From a virus (lineage: Duplodnaviria > Caudoviricetes), in IMG/VR virus record IMGVR_UViG_3300033463_000093, positions 8,099 to 72,098 of that record: a DNA stretch of 64,000 bases; one strand, 5' to 3'. Made by a program: the position numbers and the translations under genes. The notes under the pieces are model-generated. The model made no database searches and was not told the DNA's origin. It saw only the letters and a program-made list of their open reading frames with translations. Each line of letters starts with the position of its first letter. Within the stretch, counting starts at the first letter, position 1. Shown one piece after another: positions 44,577-55,200 of this stretch.

Positions 44577-45119
44577 ATGAGCAGCAACGGAAAGATAGCC
44601 ATTAAAAAGGTCTTTGACAATGTTCGCAAACGGGCGGAGGAAAAGGCTGAGGGAAAGCTTGCAGGCGGCCTTATGCCACTGCTTGAGATGGCCTATTCCG
44701 AGCTGAAGGGCTACAGGCCGTTGACAGGTAACCTGAACAACTCACTCGGTGTTGCGCTTTACAAGGACGGCAAGTGTATTGAGGCTCACGGAAGCATCGA
44801 GATCACAGGCAGGCGTCCTGTCAGGACAACACTGAAGGAAGGAGACCTGTTCTGGGAACCTGTGACATGGAACGGAAACCACCTCGACGGACCGATACCG
44901 AAGACCGACTGGGTCGGAGACAAGAATATCTGGGCCGACGAGGAAGTCCTGAAGTGGCTTGAACGCTACGCTCCGACGAAAAAGGGATTCTCTTATCGTA
45001 TCGTCAGTATCGTTGACTACGCAAAGTATCTTGAGACCAAGGACAACGTGAACGTGCTCAGCAGTCTTGCTGACCGTCTGCGCTCCATGGGAGGAAAGGT
45101 CGGCGACTTTAATCTCTGA
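44577..45119 (+). CDS. neck/tail-completion protein (HK97 gp10-like)
   Basis: 'YRPLTGNLNNS', 'VDYAKYLE'. Confidence 0.65.
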   Translation: MSSNGKIAIKKVFDNVRKRAEEKAEGKLAGGLMPLLEMAYSELKGYRPLTGNLNNSLGVALYKDGKCIEAHGSIEITGRRPVRTTLKEGDLFWEPVTWNGNHLDGPIPKTDWVGDKNIWADEEVLKWLERYAPTKKGFSYRIVSIVDYAKYLETKDNVNVLSSLADRLRSMGGKVGDFNL

Positions 45120-45124
45120 AAGAA

Positions 45125-45541
45125 ATGATCACACCGGAAGATATAAGGAAGACGATGGGGTTGCAGGCAAAGAAGGTCTGCGGCAAGATCTATCCGCAGG
45201 ACAGGCCGAGCGCCGTCACGGAGAAGCTGACGGAGTTCATCGTGGTCTCCCTCCCCTACTCCGAGGTCAACAGGACGCTTGGCGAAAACGACGACTGGTG
45301 GCTTGACGTCACCGTCGTGTACGAAATCTTCGTCGCTGACATCAAGACGGCAGCGGATCCGAACCGGCTTGACGATGACGCCATGAGGCGTCTGCGTGAG
45401 GCTCTCCTTGGAACCTTCCCCGTTGTTGACGGCGAAAAGAGGTTCAAGATCGTGCGTCCACGCACTGTCATACCGGCATCCAGTGACGGCAACGGTTATC
45501 ACTATACGCGCATTCAGGCAAAGATGACGACATTGGTTTAA
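45125..45541 (+). CDS. tail terminator protein
   Basis: synteny; 'YPQDRPSA...FIVVSLP'. Confidence 0.6.
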   Translation: MITPEDIRKTMGLQAKKVCGKIYPQDRPSAVTEKLTEFIVVSLPYSEVNRTLGENDDWWLDVTVVYEIFVADIKTAADPNRLDDDAMRRLREALLGTFPVVDGEKRFKIVRPRTVIPASSDGNGYHYTRIQAKMTTLV

Positions 45542-45584
45542 GAATACAAGTAATTTAGTTTAACAGTTAAAAATAACAACGACT

Positions 45585-46148
45585 ATGGCAACAAAGACAA
45601 AATCTGAATTGAAGGACGTTTTCAATGGCCCTTCGTCCTTGCTGTACCAGAGTGCAGCCCTCGGCAATCCGATGGTGCTGGACCCCGACTATGACGTTCC
45701 CGTCAAGGTCGACAGCATCGAGTTCGAGCAGGGTGAGCCTGACATCGAGCACTACAAGGTCATCGGCCTCGCCGGCGACTGGGTATCCTCCTCGGAGGCA
45801 GGTGACATCACCATCAGCTTCCGCGTCCCCACCAAGAGCACGGACATCCTGAAGCTCGCCTACGGCAACGACGCAGTGACCTCAAAGTCGCTGACCTACG
45901 GCAGCGGCTCGTTCACGGGCGACGGCGTTGTGCTGACCAACAAGAAGATCGTCGGCACCTGGGCCATCCTGAACGACACGGGCAACCAGCTCCTGATCCT
46001 GAACAACACCGCGCTGTACGCCAGCATGGTGATGGACTCTGACGCCAAGGGCGTGGTGGCCATCGACTTCAACGGAACCATCGAGTCGGACGGCTCCAAC
46101 CCCGACATCCTGTTCCTCAAGAAACAAGGCTCCAGCAGCAGCGAGTAA
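45585..46148 (+). CDS. major tail (tube) protein with Ser-rich C-terminus
   Basis: synteny, size 187 aa; ends KKQGSSSSE. Confidence 0.8.
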   Translation: MATKTKSELKDVFNGPSSLLYQSAALGNPMVLDPDYDVPVKVDSIEFEQGEPDIEHYKVIGLAGDWVSSSEAGDITISFRVPTKSTDILKLAYGNDAVTSKSLTYGSGSFTGDGVVLTNKKIVGTWAILNDTGNQLLILNNTALYASMVMDSDAKGVVAIDFNGTIESDGSNPDILFLKKQGSSSSE

Positions 46149-46177
46149 CACTTGCTGCGTGAGTGACTGAAAACCCG

Positions 46178-46210
46178 AGGGGCGGCGGTGACGAGAGAGC
46201 CGCTGCCCCT
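46178..46210 (+). terminator. GC hairpin after major tail gene (weak terminator/attenuator)
   Basis: AGGGGCGGCGG...CCGCTGCCCCT stem. Confidence 0.4.
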
Positions 46211-46235
46211 TATTCATTAACAAACGACAGAGATT

Positions 46236-47576
46236 ATGGACGACTACAGGATTTGGGTAACGTACCACAAGGACGAGCAGGTCTCGCAGTATGGCCTGCA
46301 CGACGATGACACGCACAGGATCTTTGCCGCCAACCGCGACATAGAGGGGAAGAACATCAACGAGATGAACCCGGTCTACAGCGAGATGGTGACGATGTGG
46401 TATGCGTGGAAGAACAACGTCAGGAGCCCGTACGTCGGCTTCAACCACTACCGCAGGCAGTTCAACGTGAGCAGGCTGCCGGGCAAGGGCGAGTGCCAGG
46501 TGTACAGGATCATCGACTTCGGCGGCATCAGCGTGTACGACCAGTATGCACGCTGCCATAATGTCAAGGACATGGATGCTGTCCTCTCGCTGCTCGACAA
46601 AAAGTACGGCAAGGACAACGCATATACGAAATACATCAGGAACAGCAATACCCTGATAGCGAACTGCTGCTTCCTGATGAAATGGGCTGACTTCACGAAG
46701 CTCTGCAAGTTCTTCTTCGCCATCCTCGACGACTTCTCCGCCATGTGCGGATGCCAGACGCTCGACGACTGGAGGAAGAAGGCGCAGGCCGACTTCGGCA
46801 ACAACAGGCCCGATTACCAGACGAGGGTGCTATCGTTCCTTGCGGAAAGGCTTATCTCCGCGTGGATCAGCGTGAACCTCTCTCCATATATCGACGGCAG
46901 GAACGTGGCTGTCGTGAACTACAACACCACGAAGCTGACGGAGGCAGCCATCATGTCGCTGTTCAAGCACACGCCTGGTTGTCATGTCTACGTCTTCGAC
47001 AACAGCGATGCGGAGCCATTCAAGACGAAGCTCCCTAATGTCGAGGTCATCGACAACACCAAGGGCAAGCTGGTGGACTTCGATGCAGAGCTTGCGAAAT
47101 ATCCAGACAAATGGGAGCGTGACAAGGTCAAGAGCAACTACGGCAGCGCCAAGCACTCGATGAGCATACAGAAGCTGATGGAGCTTATCCCAGGCGGATT
47201 CGTGCTCATGGACTCGGACGTCCTGTTCAAGCAGGACATCGGAAAGTTCTGGGACTACAACGTCGCATGCCTCGGCACAGAGGACTTGAAACACGGAGTA
47301 CCCCTGCTCTTGCCGTTCCTATGCTGGCTGAACTGCGTGAAGCTCAACGAAAACGGCATCGGCTACTTCAACGGAGAGAAGATGTGGGCGCTGAGCGAAA
47401 AGGAGCCTAACCAGCACTACGACACAGGCGCATGGCTTCTCGAGGAGGTGCGCAGGAAAAGTCTTCCTGTGGAGTATGTGAACATCTGGGACTATGTCAT
47501 CCATCTGGGTCACGGCTCATGGAAGGACAAGGACACCGACAAATGGCTTGAGGAGAACGCTGTCCTGTGGAAGTGA
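46236..47576 (+). CDS. bifunctional glycosyltransferase: DUF4422 domain + GT2-like domain
   Basis: 'NPVYSEMVTMWYAWKN...YVGFNHYRRQF'...'SFLAERL' (DUF4422); 'VVNYNT...VFDNSD...LMDSDVL' (GT-A DxD). Confidence 0.85.
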   Translation: MDDYRIWVTYHKDEQVSQYGLHDDDTHRIFAANRDIEGKNINEMNPVYSEMVTMWYAWKNNVRSPYVGFNHYRRQFNVSRLPGKGECQVYRIIDFGGISVYDQYARCHNVKDMDAVLSLLDKKYGKDNAYTKYIRNSNTLIANCCFLMKWADFTKLCKFFFAILDDFSAMCGCQTLDDWRKKAQADFGNNRPDYQTRVLSFLAERLISAWISVNLSPYIDGRNVAVVNYNTTKLTEAAIMSLFKHTPGCHVYVFDNSDAEPFKTKLPNVEVIDNTKGKLVDFDAELAKYPDKWERDKVKSNYGSAKHSMSIQKLMELIPGGFVLMDSDVLFKQDIGKFWDYNVACLGTEDLKHGVPLLLPFLCWLNCVKLNENGIGYFNGEKMWALSEKEPNQHYDTGAWLLEEVRRKSLPVEYVNIWDYVIHLGHGSWKDKDTDKWLEENAVLWK

Positions 47577-48454
47577 GACCGATAGACTACGTCGTGCCGA
47601 TGGTGTTCCATGGCGACCCGTTGTGGCAGGAGGATTTCCGCAAGGTGCACCTCCGCTATGACGAGCGGAACAAGTACGACTTTGTGCGTTTCCGCAGCTG
47701 GGACACCGAGGAGCTGCTGATACGGTGCGTACGGAGGTTCATGCCCTTCGTGCGTACCATATATATCCTTCTCGCGCGTGAGAGCCAGAGGAAGCCGTGG
47801 ATGGACGTAAACGGCATCAGGGTGGTCTACCACAGGGAGTTCATCCCCGAGAAGTTCCTTCCGACGTTCAACAGCTGCGCCATCGAGATGTTCCTCCACA
47901 GGATCCCCGGCCTTAGCGAGCGTTTCATCTACGGCAACGACGACATGTTCCCGCTTGCGCCACTGACGGAAAAGGACTTCTTCGAGGGCTATATCCCTTG
48001 TCTGAGGCATGGCGAGAAGCCTTTCCCTGACAACCCGAACATCTTCCATCTCTCTTGCAGGAACGGTCTCAACTTCGTCGCCTATGAGTTCGGGAAGAAG
48101 TACACCGACACATGGGTCAAGGGCGGCCACAGCCTCACACCGATGCTGAAAGGCACATGGGAGTACCTGTGGAAGAGGGGCGGCGAGATTGAGGCGAGCA
48201 TCAGCGCAGTCCGGGAGCCATGCAACTTCAACCAATGGCTATGCCCGTGGTGGCATTATCTGGCGGGCAACTATATCGACAGGGTCCCGTCGAGGACATA
48301 CGTCAGCACAAGGAACAGCATCGAAGAAGTGGTGAAGGCCATGTCAACTTCAAAGGGAATCGTATGTGTCAACGACAATGAATGCGCCGACAACTACATG
48401 GAATACGGCAACGCCGTCAAGGCTTGCATAGAAAAGATACTTGAAAAGAGATAA
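47567..48454 (+). CDS. Stealth-family hexose-1-phosphate transferase
   Basis: CR1 'IDYVVPMV', CR2 'LPTFNSCAIEMFLHRIPGLSERFIYGNDDMF'. Confidence 0.88.
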   Translation: MEVRPIDYVVPMVFHGDPLWQEDFRKVHLRYDERNKYDFVRFRSWDTEELLIRCVRRFMPFVRTIYILLARESQRKPWMDVNGIRVVYHREFIPEKFLPTFNSCAIEMFLHRIPGLSERFIYGNDDMFPLAPLTEKDFFEGYIPCLRHGEKPFPDNPNIFHLSCRNGLNFVAYEFGKKYTDTWVKGGHSLTPMLKGTWEYLWKRGGEIEASISAVREPCNFNQWLCPWWHYLAGNYIDRVPSRTYVSTRNSIEEVVKAMSTSKGIVCVNDNECADNYMEYGNAVKACIEKILEKR

Positions 48455-48917
48455 TATGGCAGAGATAGAACAACCTACGATAGACGTCCAGAAGATGCTC
48501 GACGACCTTATCAGTCGTGAACCTGACGTGATAAAGGTGTGTGGCAAGAATCGTAAGATACACTGGCTCCATAACGGAACGGTGAGAAAGTTCTCGCACA
48601 TCATGATCAAGGATAAGAATCCGTGGAGACGAAACGTGAAGGTCTGTGCGTGCGTGTTTCTCAACAGGAAGTACGGGTTTATGACATGGCTGCTTCTGTG
48701 GTCATGGCATTGGATATACTGGAGATGGCTCTACTATATAAGGGACATCGACCAGGTAGAAGTGGCAAAGGTGCTTGACTGCGCCAAAAAAAAAATTCAG
48801 TTGGATCCATTAGCGATGGCTACCATATTGGCGACCGGGATGATGGACACGATGATGACGATGGCTCGACACGAGTATGGCCCAGCCGAACGAGGTGGGG
48901 ATCGGCCTACTCCCTGA
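48441..48917 (+). CDS. tail assembly chaperone
   Basis: upstream of tape measure; A10 slippery run at 48786-48795. Confidence 0.7.
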   Translation: MKRDNMAEIEQPTIDVQKMLDDLISREPDVIKVCGKNRKIHWLHNGTVRKFSHIMIKDKNPWRRNVKVCACVFLNRKYGFMTWLLLWSWHWIYWRWLYYIRDIDQVEVAKVLDCAKKKIQLDPLAMATILATGMMDTMMTMARHEYGPAERGGDRPTP

Positions 48918-48925
48918 GCGAGAAG

Positions 48926-49189
48926 ATGCCGTGGCTCCTTGAGAGAAAGTTCGGAATCAGGGCTTTTGACTATTGGTGGGGCTACACATCCTGCGAGATA
49001 GAGCTGATGGTCATGGACCAGCCGGTCATCAGTTACGGCAAGAGCAAGAACAAGCGCTCCATGATGGCTTCAAGAAAAGAGGTTGACGAGCTTGAACAGC
49101 TACAGCAGAAATGGGAGAAGAAACGTAATGGCAGGACTTTCGTTGGACAGAAAGTTGACCTTGGGGAGTTCCTGAATCAGAAAATATAA
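48926..49189 (+). CDS. tail assembly chaperone, frameshift-extension part
   Basis: lies in the -1 frame of the previous ORF, open back to the A10 run. Confidence 0.65.
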   Translation: MPWLLERKFGIRAFDYWWGYTSCEIELMVMDQPVISYGKSKNKRSMMASRKEVDELEQLQQKWEKKRNGRTFVGQKVDLGEFLNQKI

Positions 49190-49219
49190 CACGAATATTC
49201 ATTTTTAAGACATAAAGGT

Positions 49220-52200
49220 ATGGCAGCAGCAGATAAACTTTGGTTAGAGCTTGGCGTCAGGGATGAGATATCAGATGTTTTGAAAAACCTTATGATAGGT
49301 GCTGAAAAACTTGCAGACGCACTGTCTGATGACTCAGCCGAGTTAAAAAATATATATAGAAACATCATGGACGTTGCCAACGTCTACGATAAGATATATA
49401 TAGCACAGAAACGGATCAGTAGCCTCAAGGGCGTATCTCTCAGTGCGGAAGAGAAGAAGGGTCTGCGCGACATGACAAAGGACCTTGAAAAGATCAGAAA
49501 GCAGTTCGAACAAATCCTTAATGACCCTAACAGGCTTATGGAAAGCGGTGAGGCTCATTTTGACAAGATGAGGACGAACGTTGACCTCATGGTTAAAAGC
49601 ACTCTTCGTTATGTCGACAATATTGAAGCCAAAGAGGCCGCAGAGGCCAAGAATGCCGCCAATGAAGAGCGTCGTATAGACAGTCTGAAAGATAAGCTTT
49701 ATGAACTTCAGCGTTACAGGAAGCAGCTGTCTGATGCCATTGCGAATGCAGCGCCAGGAACAAACCTTGCAGACGCCACAAGCCTTATAAACGGACTTTC
49801 GTCAAGAATATCGGCAGTTCGTAGTGCTGAGCGTAACGGGAAAGGACTGCCAGCAAGTGCATCTGGTGCAGACTACGAGGAGTTTATCAAAAGGGTTACG
49901 GGAGAAGTGAGGAGTCTCACCTCTGCGACAAATGATTATGACAAGACGTTGAAAGAGAACGAACGTCTCCAAAGGTCGATCAACAAGATATACCTTGATA
50001 CGCAAAGCGAAAAGAATATTGCGGGAATAAGAAGACAGACAAACGAATACACTGCCCTTGGGAAGAAACTTGGAGAGCTGGCAAAGCTCATGGCTGAGTT
50101 GAAAAAAGAGGAATCTGGAATAAAGAAAGGACTTATTACAGAGCCTACATATACAAGCGATAAAATTTCTGAACGCCTGAATGAAATAGACAGGACTTAC
50201 AAAGAGGATCTTGCAATAGTCCGGCAAATGGAGAAGGATGACGCTGACGCCAAGAACAAGAAGGCGGCAGCAGCAAGAAGGGCGTCAGATGCGATTCAGG
50301 CCCTTTCTCACATGAACAGCAATCTCATCTCGTCGTACAACCGTGTTGCAGAGGCGGGGTCAAGAGCAAACAACATAACCATACAACTTCAACACCAACT
50401 GGCTGGCTATGCCGGCCTATACGGAATAGAGCGTATCTTAAAGTCCGTCATAACGATAGGTGGCCAGTTTGAGTTCCAACACGTTGCCCTACAGAACATC
50501 CTTGGTGACATGCAGCAGGCCAATACGCTGTTCAGGCAGTTACAGGATATGGCCGTAGAATCTCCAAAGACATTCATGGAGCTGACTGGTTATACAAAAC
50601 AGCTTTCCGCATATCAGATTCCATACGAGGAGCTGTACGACACTACCAAGAGACTTGCAGACATATCCACCGGTCTCGGCGTTGACATGAGCCGCCTTAT
50701 CCTCGCTTACGGTCAGGTGAGAAGCGCCGCCGTCCTCAGAGGACAGGAACTCCGTCAGTTTACGGAGGCGGGCATTCCGCTTGTACAAAAACTTGCAGAG
50801 AAGTTTACGCAGCTGAACGGGAAAGTTGTTACCACAGGAGAGGTTTTTAGCCTTATATCAAAACGTGCCGTACCATTCAAGATGGTTAAGGAAATCCTGT
50901 GGGATATGACAAACGAGGGAGGTCAGTTTGCAGATATGCAGAGCAAGCTTGCAGATACGCTTTACGGTAAATACCAGAAGCTTCAGGATACCTGGCAGAT
51001 AATGCTCGGAAGGATTGCCGACGGCAACGGCATGATGGGAAAGTTCCTGAAAGGCTCTATAGAAGGCGTTGTACAACTTGTCAATGTGTTGAACACTGTA
51101 GCCCCGCTTATCCTTGCTCCGTTTATCGGAAAAGGTATCGACAGTGCAAAGAAGGGAGCCAAGGGGCTTATTGGTAATATTACCGGTGAGACAGCAGTCC
51201 GCAATATGGAGATCGCCAAGCTCAAGCAAGCCAATGCATTAGAGAAGGAGCGTATTTTGAACGGAAGACAGCTGACTCAAATCGAGCAGGATATCGTCAG
51301 ACAGAAGAATGTGCTGACGAGTAATGAGTTGCGCCTCCTTCTCCTTGAGGATCAGATAACAGAGCGCCAGCTTGCCCAGATGGCAAATTCAGGTAAGATA
51401 AACAAGTTCGCAGCAGCACGTCTTCTACTTGAGCAAGGCTATACAAAGGAACAGATACGTCAAATCCAGCTTGGAAAATATGAGATACTGAAAGGCGACT
51501 CTTTCATAAAGAAATCTGCAAAAGGTGTATGGAACTTCATGGGTGGCTGGATAGGAGCCGGCATGCTTGCTCTTGGTGCTTACGCCTCACTTGCCCAACG
51601 TGTGGACGAACAGGTTGAAAGGGCAAGACAGACGTCTGAAGCTGCGTCAAACGATATGCTTTCCGATTTCAGGCAGGTTAATGACCTGTATAATGAGGTT
51701 AGCAAAAAAGGTCCTGGCTCAACGGACGAGATGACCTCTTCAATACAGCGCATGACGTTTGCCCTGAAGCAAAGCGGAAGCTACACCAAAGAGCTTAACG
51801 AGATGCTTGAGGGGACTGACGACATAAGGGAGAAGTACACGCTTTTGTATCAAGAACTTCAGAAGGTGTCAGACGAGTACCTTCGTATGAAGGAAAACGT
51901 ACAGGCGTATCTTGAGGCGGCAAACAGGGTCGGAGAAGGAAACTGGTTTACCAAGTTCTTCAACGACAACATGAACGAAGACATCAAGAACTGGGGTGAC
52001 GCAAACATTGCAAAAAATGTTGCAAAAAAAGGCGTAGACAGATACAGTGCGGCCGTTAAGCTCCAGCTTGAATTGTTTTACAAAAATATAGGCAAATGGA
52101 ACGAGAAGGAGATGGCCGATCTCGACTGGCAGAGTCTTTTCGACAAGCTATCAGACCAGGAAAGGACGTTTTTCAAAAACTTCTTGGATGCAGGACGCAA

Positions 52201-55200
52201 GAGCGACTTTGACACGGCGGTGTATGAGTCTGTCAAGAAATACACTTCTGCAATAGATAAGCTGAAAGAGCAGGAAGAAGAGGTCGATTCCCAGATGCAG
52301 GAATACGCCGACACCATCGAGGTTGCTCTTGGAGAGACCTTGTCGAAACGCGGGCTTGACTTGAAGGATATGCCAAAATGGGAGGACGAAGACCTTAAAA
52401 AGTTCCGTGACGCCATAAACGATGTGGTGAACAGCTACGACCTTGACTCTGAAACAAAACAGCGTTTCAAGGACAAGCTCTACGGCAAGCTGCTTGACGA
52501 AAATCTCATAATAAGGATAAAGGCTCTCCCTGAATACAAGGAGGAGGAGTTGTCGGAATGGCAGCGTGGCGTTAATGAGTATTTCGAGAGCAACAAAATC
52601 AACATCGTAGTTGATGCGCAAAGCTCTCTTGAAAGCGTGGAAAAAGAGCTTCAAAACAAGCACGAGGAGTTCCAGAACCAAATGGATCGTTCAGGAAAGA
52701 TTCTTGTGTCCTTCGGTTTTGACCTCAGTAACCTTCCTAATGACATAGAGGAAGGCATAGGTATGCTCCGCCCGGAATATCAGGGTCTGGTTCGTCATGC
52801 TTTCGCTGAATTTATCGAAGGAAAAACCGGGACCGAAAAAACCACGCAGGCCGGCAAGGATCTTGGAATAAGCGTTGTCAAGAAGAATAAAGGGTCGAGT
52901 TCAGGAGGCTCAAAAAAGGACAAGAAACTTGACGAGATCAAGGAGGCGTATGAGCTTTACAAGAAATTCTTCTCCGAGCTCGAAAATGCCAGAAGCATCT
53001 ATGGGTCTGACGCAATGGGTTGGCTTAAAGAAAACGGTTTTTCGGAGGTCTTCGGATGGAAGGGGATTACTGACCTGACCAACTACGGACAGACTGTCAG
53101 GGAGCTCACAAAAGATTTCAAAGCCAACACCGATGAGCGCAAAAAGTTTGTCAACTCTATTGATGCAGACATTGTAACGCAGAAACGAAAAGAAGAGACC
53201 GAAGCGACCATGGAGTATGTCGAGGAGCTACAGAAGATGATGAACATCATGTCTGAGAGCTATAACACATACAAGAAGTGGTACGAGCTGACTGGTGACG
53301 AGAACCTTGCAGCGCGTATTGCTGGTGTAGCCGAGAACACCACCTACTCCACCTATCTCCGTGATCAGATGCAGAAGCAGCTCACCAAGACAAAGTACGC
53401 CGTATCTCCCGAAGATGTCTTTGGAATGAAGGAGGCGGAAGTTAAGAAACTCTTTGGTGAGAAGAGTGCCATCGCAAGCTATTGGAAGGCATGGCAGGAT
53501 AACGAGAAGGTCTTGAAAAAGGAAGAGCTTGACCGTTACGAGGAGGCCATTAAGAGCTCCAAGAGCTATGAAGACAAAATTGACGATATCAATCGTAAGC
53601 TGAAAGAACAAATCGCTTCGGTTGAAAAACTGGCAAGAAGCGACGAGGAACGTATCCGACTCACAGAACATCTGACAGAAAATGCAGAGAAAGATATCAG
53701 CAAGATTAAATGGGAACAGTTTAAGGATCAGTACAACTGGGGAGAAGTCTTTGGTGACCTTGGTAACGTGCCGCTAAGACAGCTTAAAAAACTTGTCAGC
53801 GCAATGAGGGAGTTGTCCAAAACGACAAGCCTGAGTGCAACCGAAGCAAAGGCTTTCCAAGAAGGAATGAGTAAGGTTGTGAACCAACAAGCCATCCTTG
53901 ATCCTTTGACGGGCATTAATTCTGCTTTGAGCAACTACACGGCGGCAAGGAAGGAGATAGCAAGACTCGAAGGGTTGCGTGAAGGTGTCAGACGTGGTTA
54001 TTCACAATACACAAGCCAGTTTAAGGATGAAGATGCTCTTGACAAAGCTATAGAAAATGTAAGGAAGACAATGAATACGGCGCTTTCTGATTTGCAAAAG
54101 GCAATCAAAGCGCTTGCGAACAACATAAATACGCTTGGAACGGCACTCAAGAACATCGGTAATTCCGTTGGCGGGCCGTTAGGTGATGTTTTCAATGGGA
54201 TTGGCAGCATCTTCGGAGGTCTTGGAAATAGTATTTCCGCAATATCTAATATTGACCTTAATGCACAAGGAATATCTGCTATTGCAAGTAAGGCAGGCGC
54301 TGTCGCAACTGTTGTTTCTGCAATGATAGACATGAACAAGCAGTTGTCGAAACTTCTCCCAGACTCCTATGATCAATACCAAAAATATGCAGAGAAAGCG
54401 CGCGAGGTAAATAAGCTTAGGGAAGCCGTGGATGACTATACGGTATCTGTAGCTAATGCAAAAGTTGCTGAAAGCCAATGGTTCGCCGGGAACAGTTTGT
54501 CTAAATTGCAGGCGGAAGGTGAGAAGGCGAAAGACACCCTGAAGTCATACTACAAAGAGCTTTATGAGGCTCAGGAGGCGTACCAAGAAAAAGGTGCTGG
54601 AATCAGTAAGGCTATACTTCCGGCAACTATAGCAGCTGCCGTAGTAGCAGGTTTATTTACTTTTGGAGCAGGCTCTGCTCTTGTTGTAAGTATCGGAACT
54701 GCTCTTGCGTCTGCTCTTGGAAGTGCAGCTCTTGGAGCGGCTGTTACTGCGGCTATTGCTGCTGGCGTTGGTTCTGCGATAGGCCAGATAATACAATCTG
54801 CGGTCTCTGGTATCACATACAAAGACGGTCAGGTCGATGCTCGAAGTAACATGAAGATACAGACCCAGCATTCAAGCTTCTGGAGAGGAGAGAAGACACA
54901 AAATCTTGAGGAATGGGCAAGAGAACAACTTCATGCAGAATTGTTCGACGACGAAGGACTTGTCAATCTTGAAGCGGCAGAACAAATTCTTGAAAAATAC
55001 GGAAACAAGCTTGTCGGCGATACAGAAGAAACTCTGAAAAGGCTTGTTGCTTTACGAAAAGAGTATGATGAGTTTATAAGAAATATTGAGGAGTATGTAG
55101 GAGAGATCGGAACGTCGCTTTCTGACAACATGACAAACGCTATGTGGGATTGGCTAACAAGCGGCAAAGATGCTCTTGACAGCTTTAAAGAGTATGCTAA

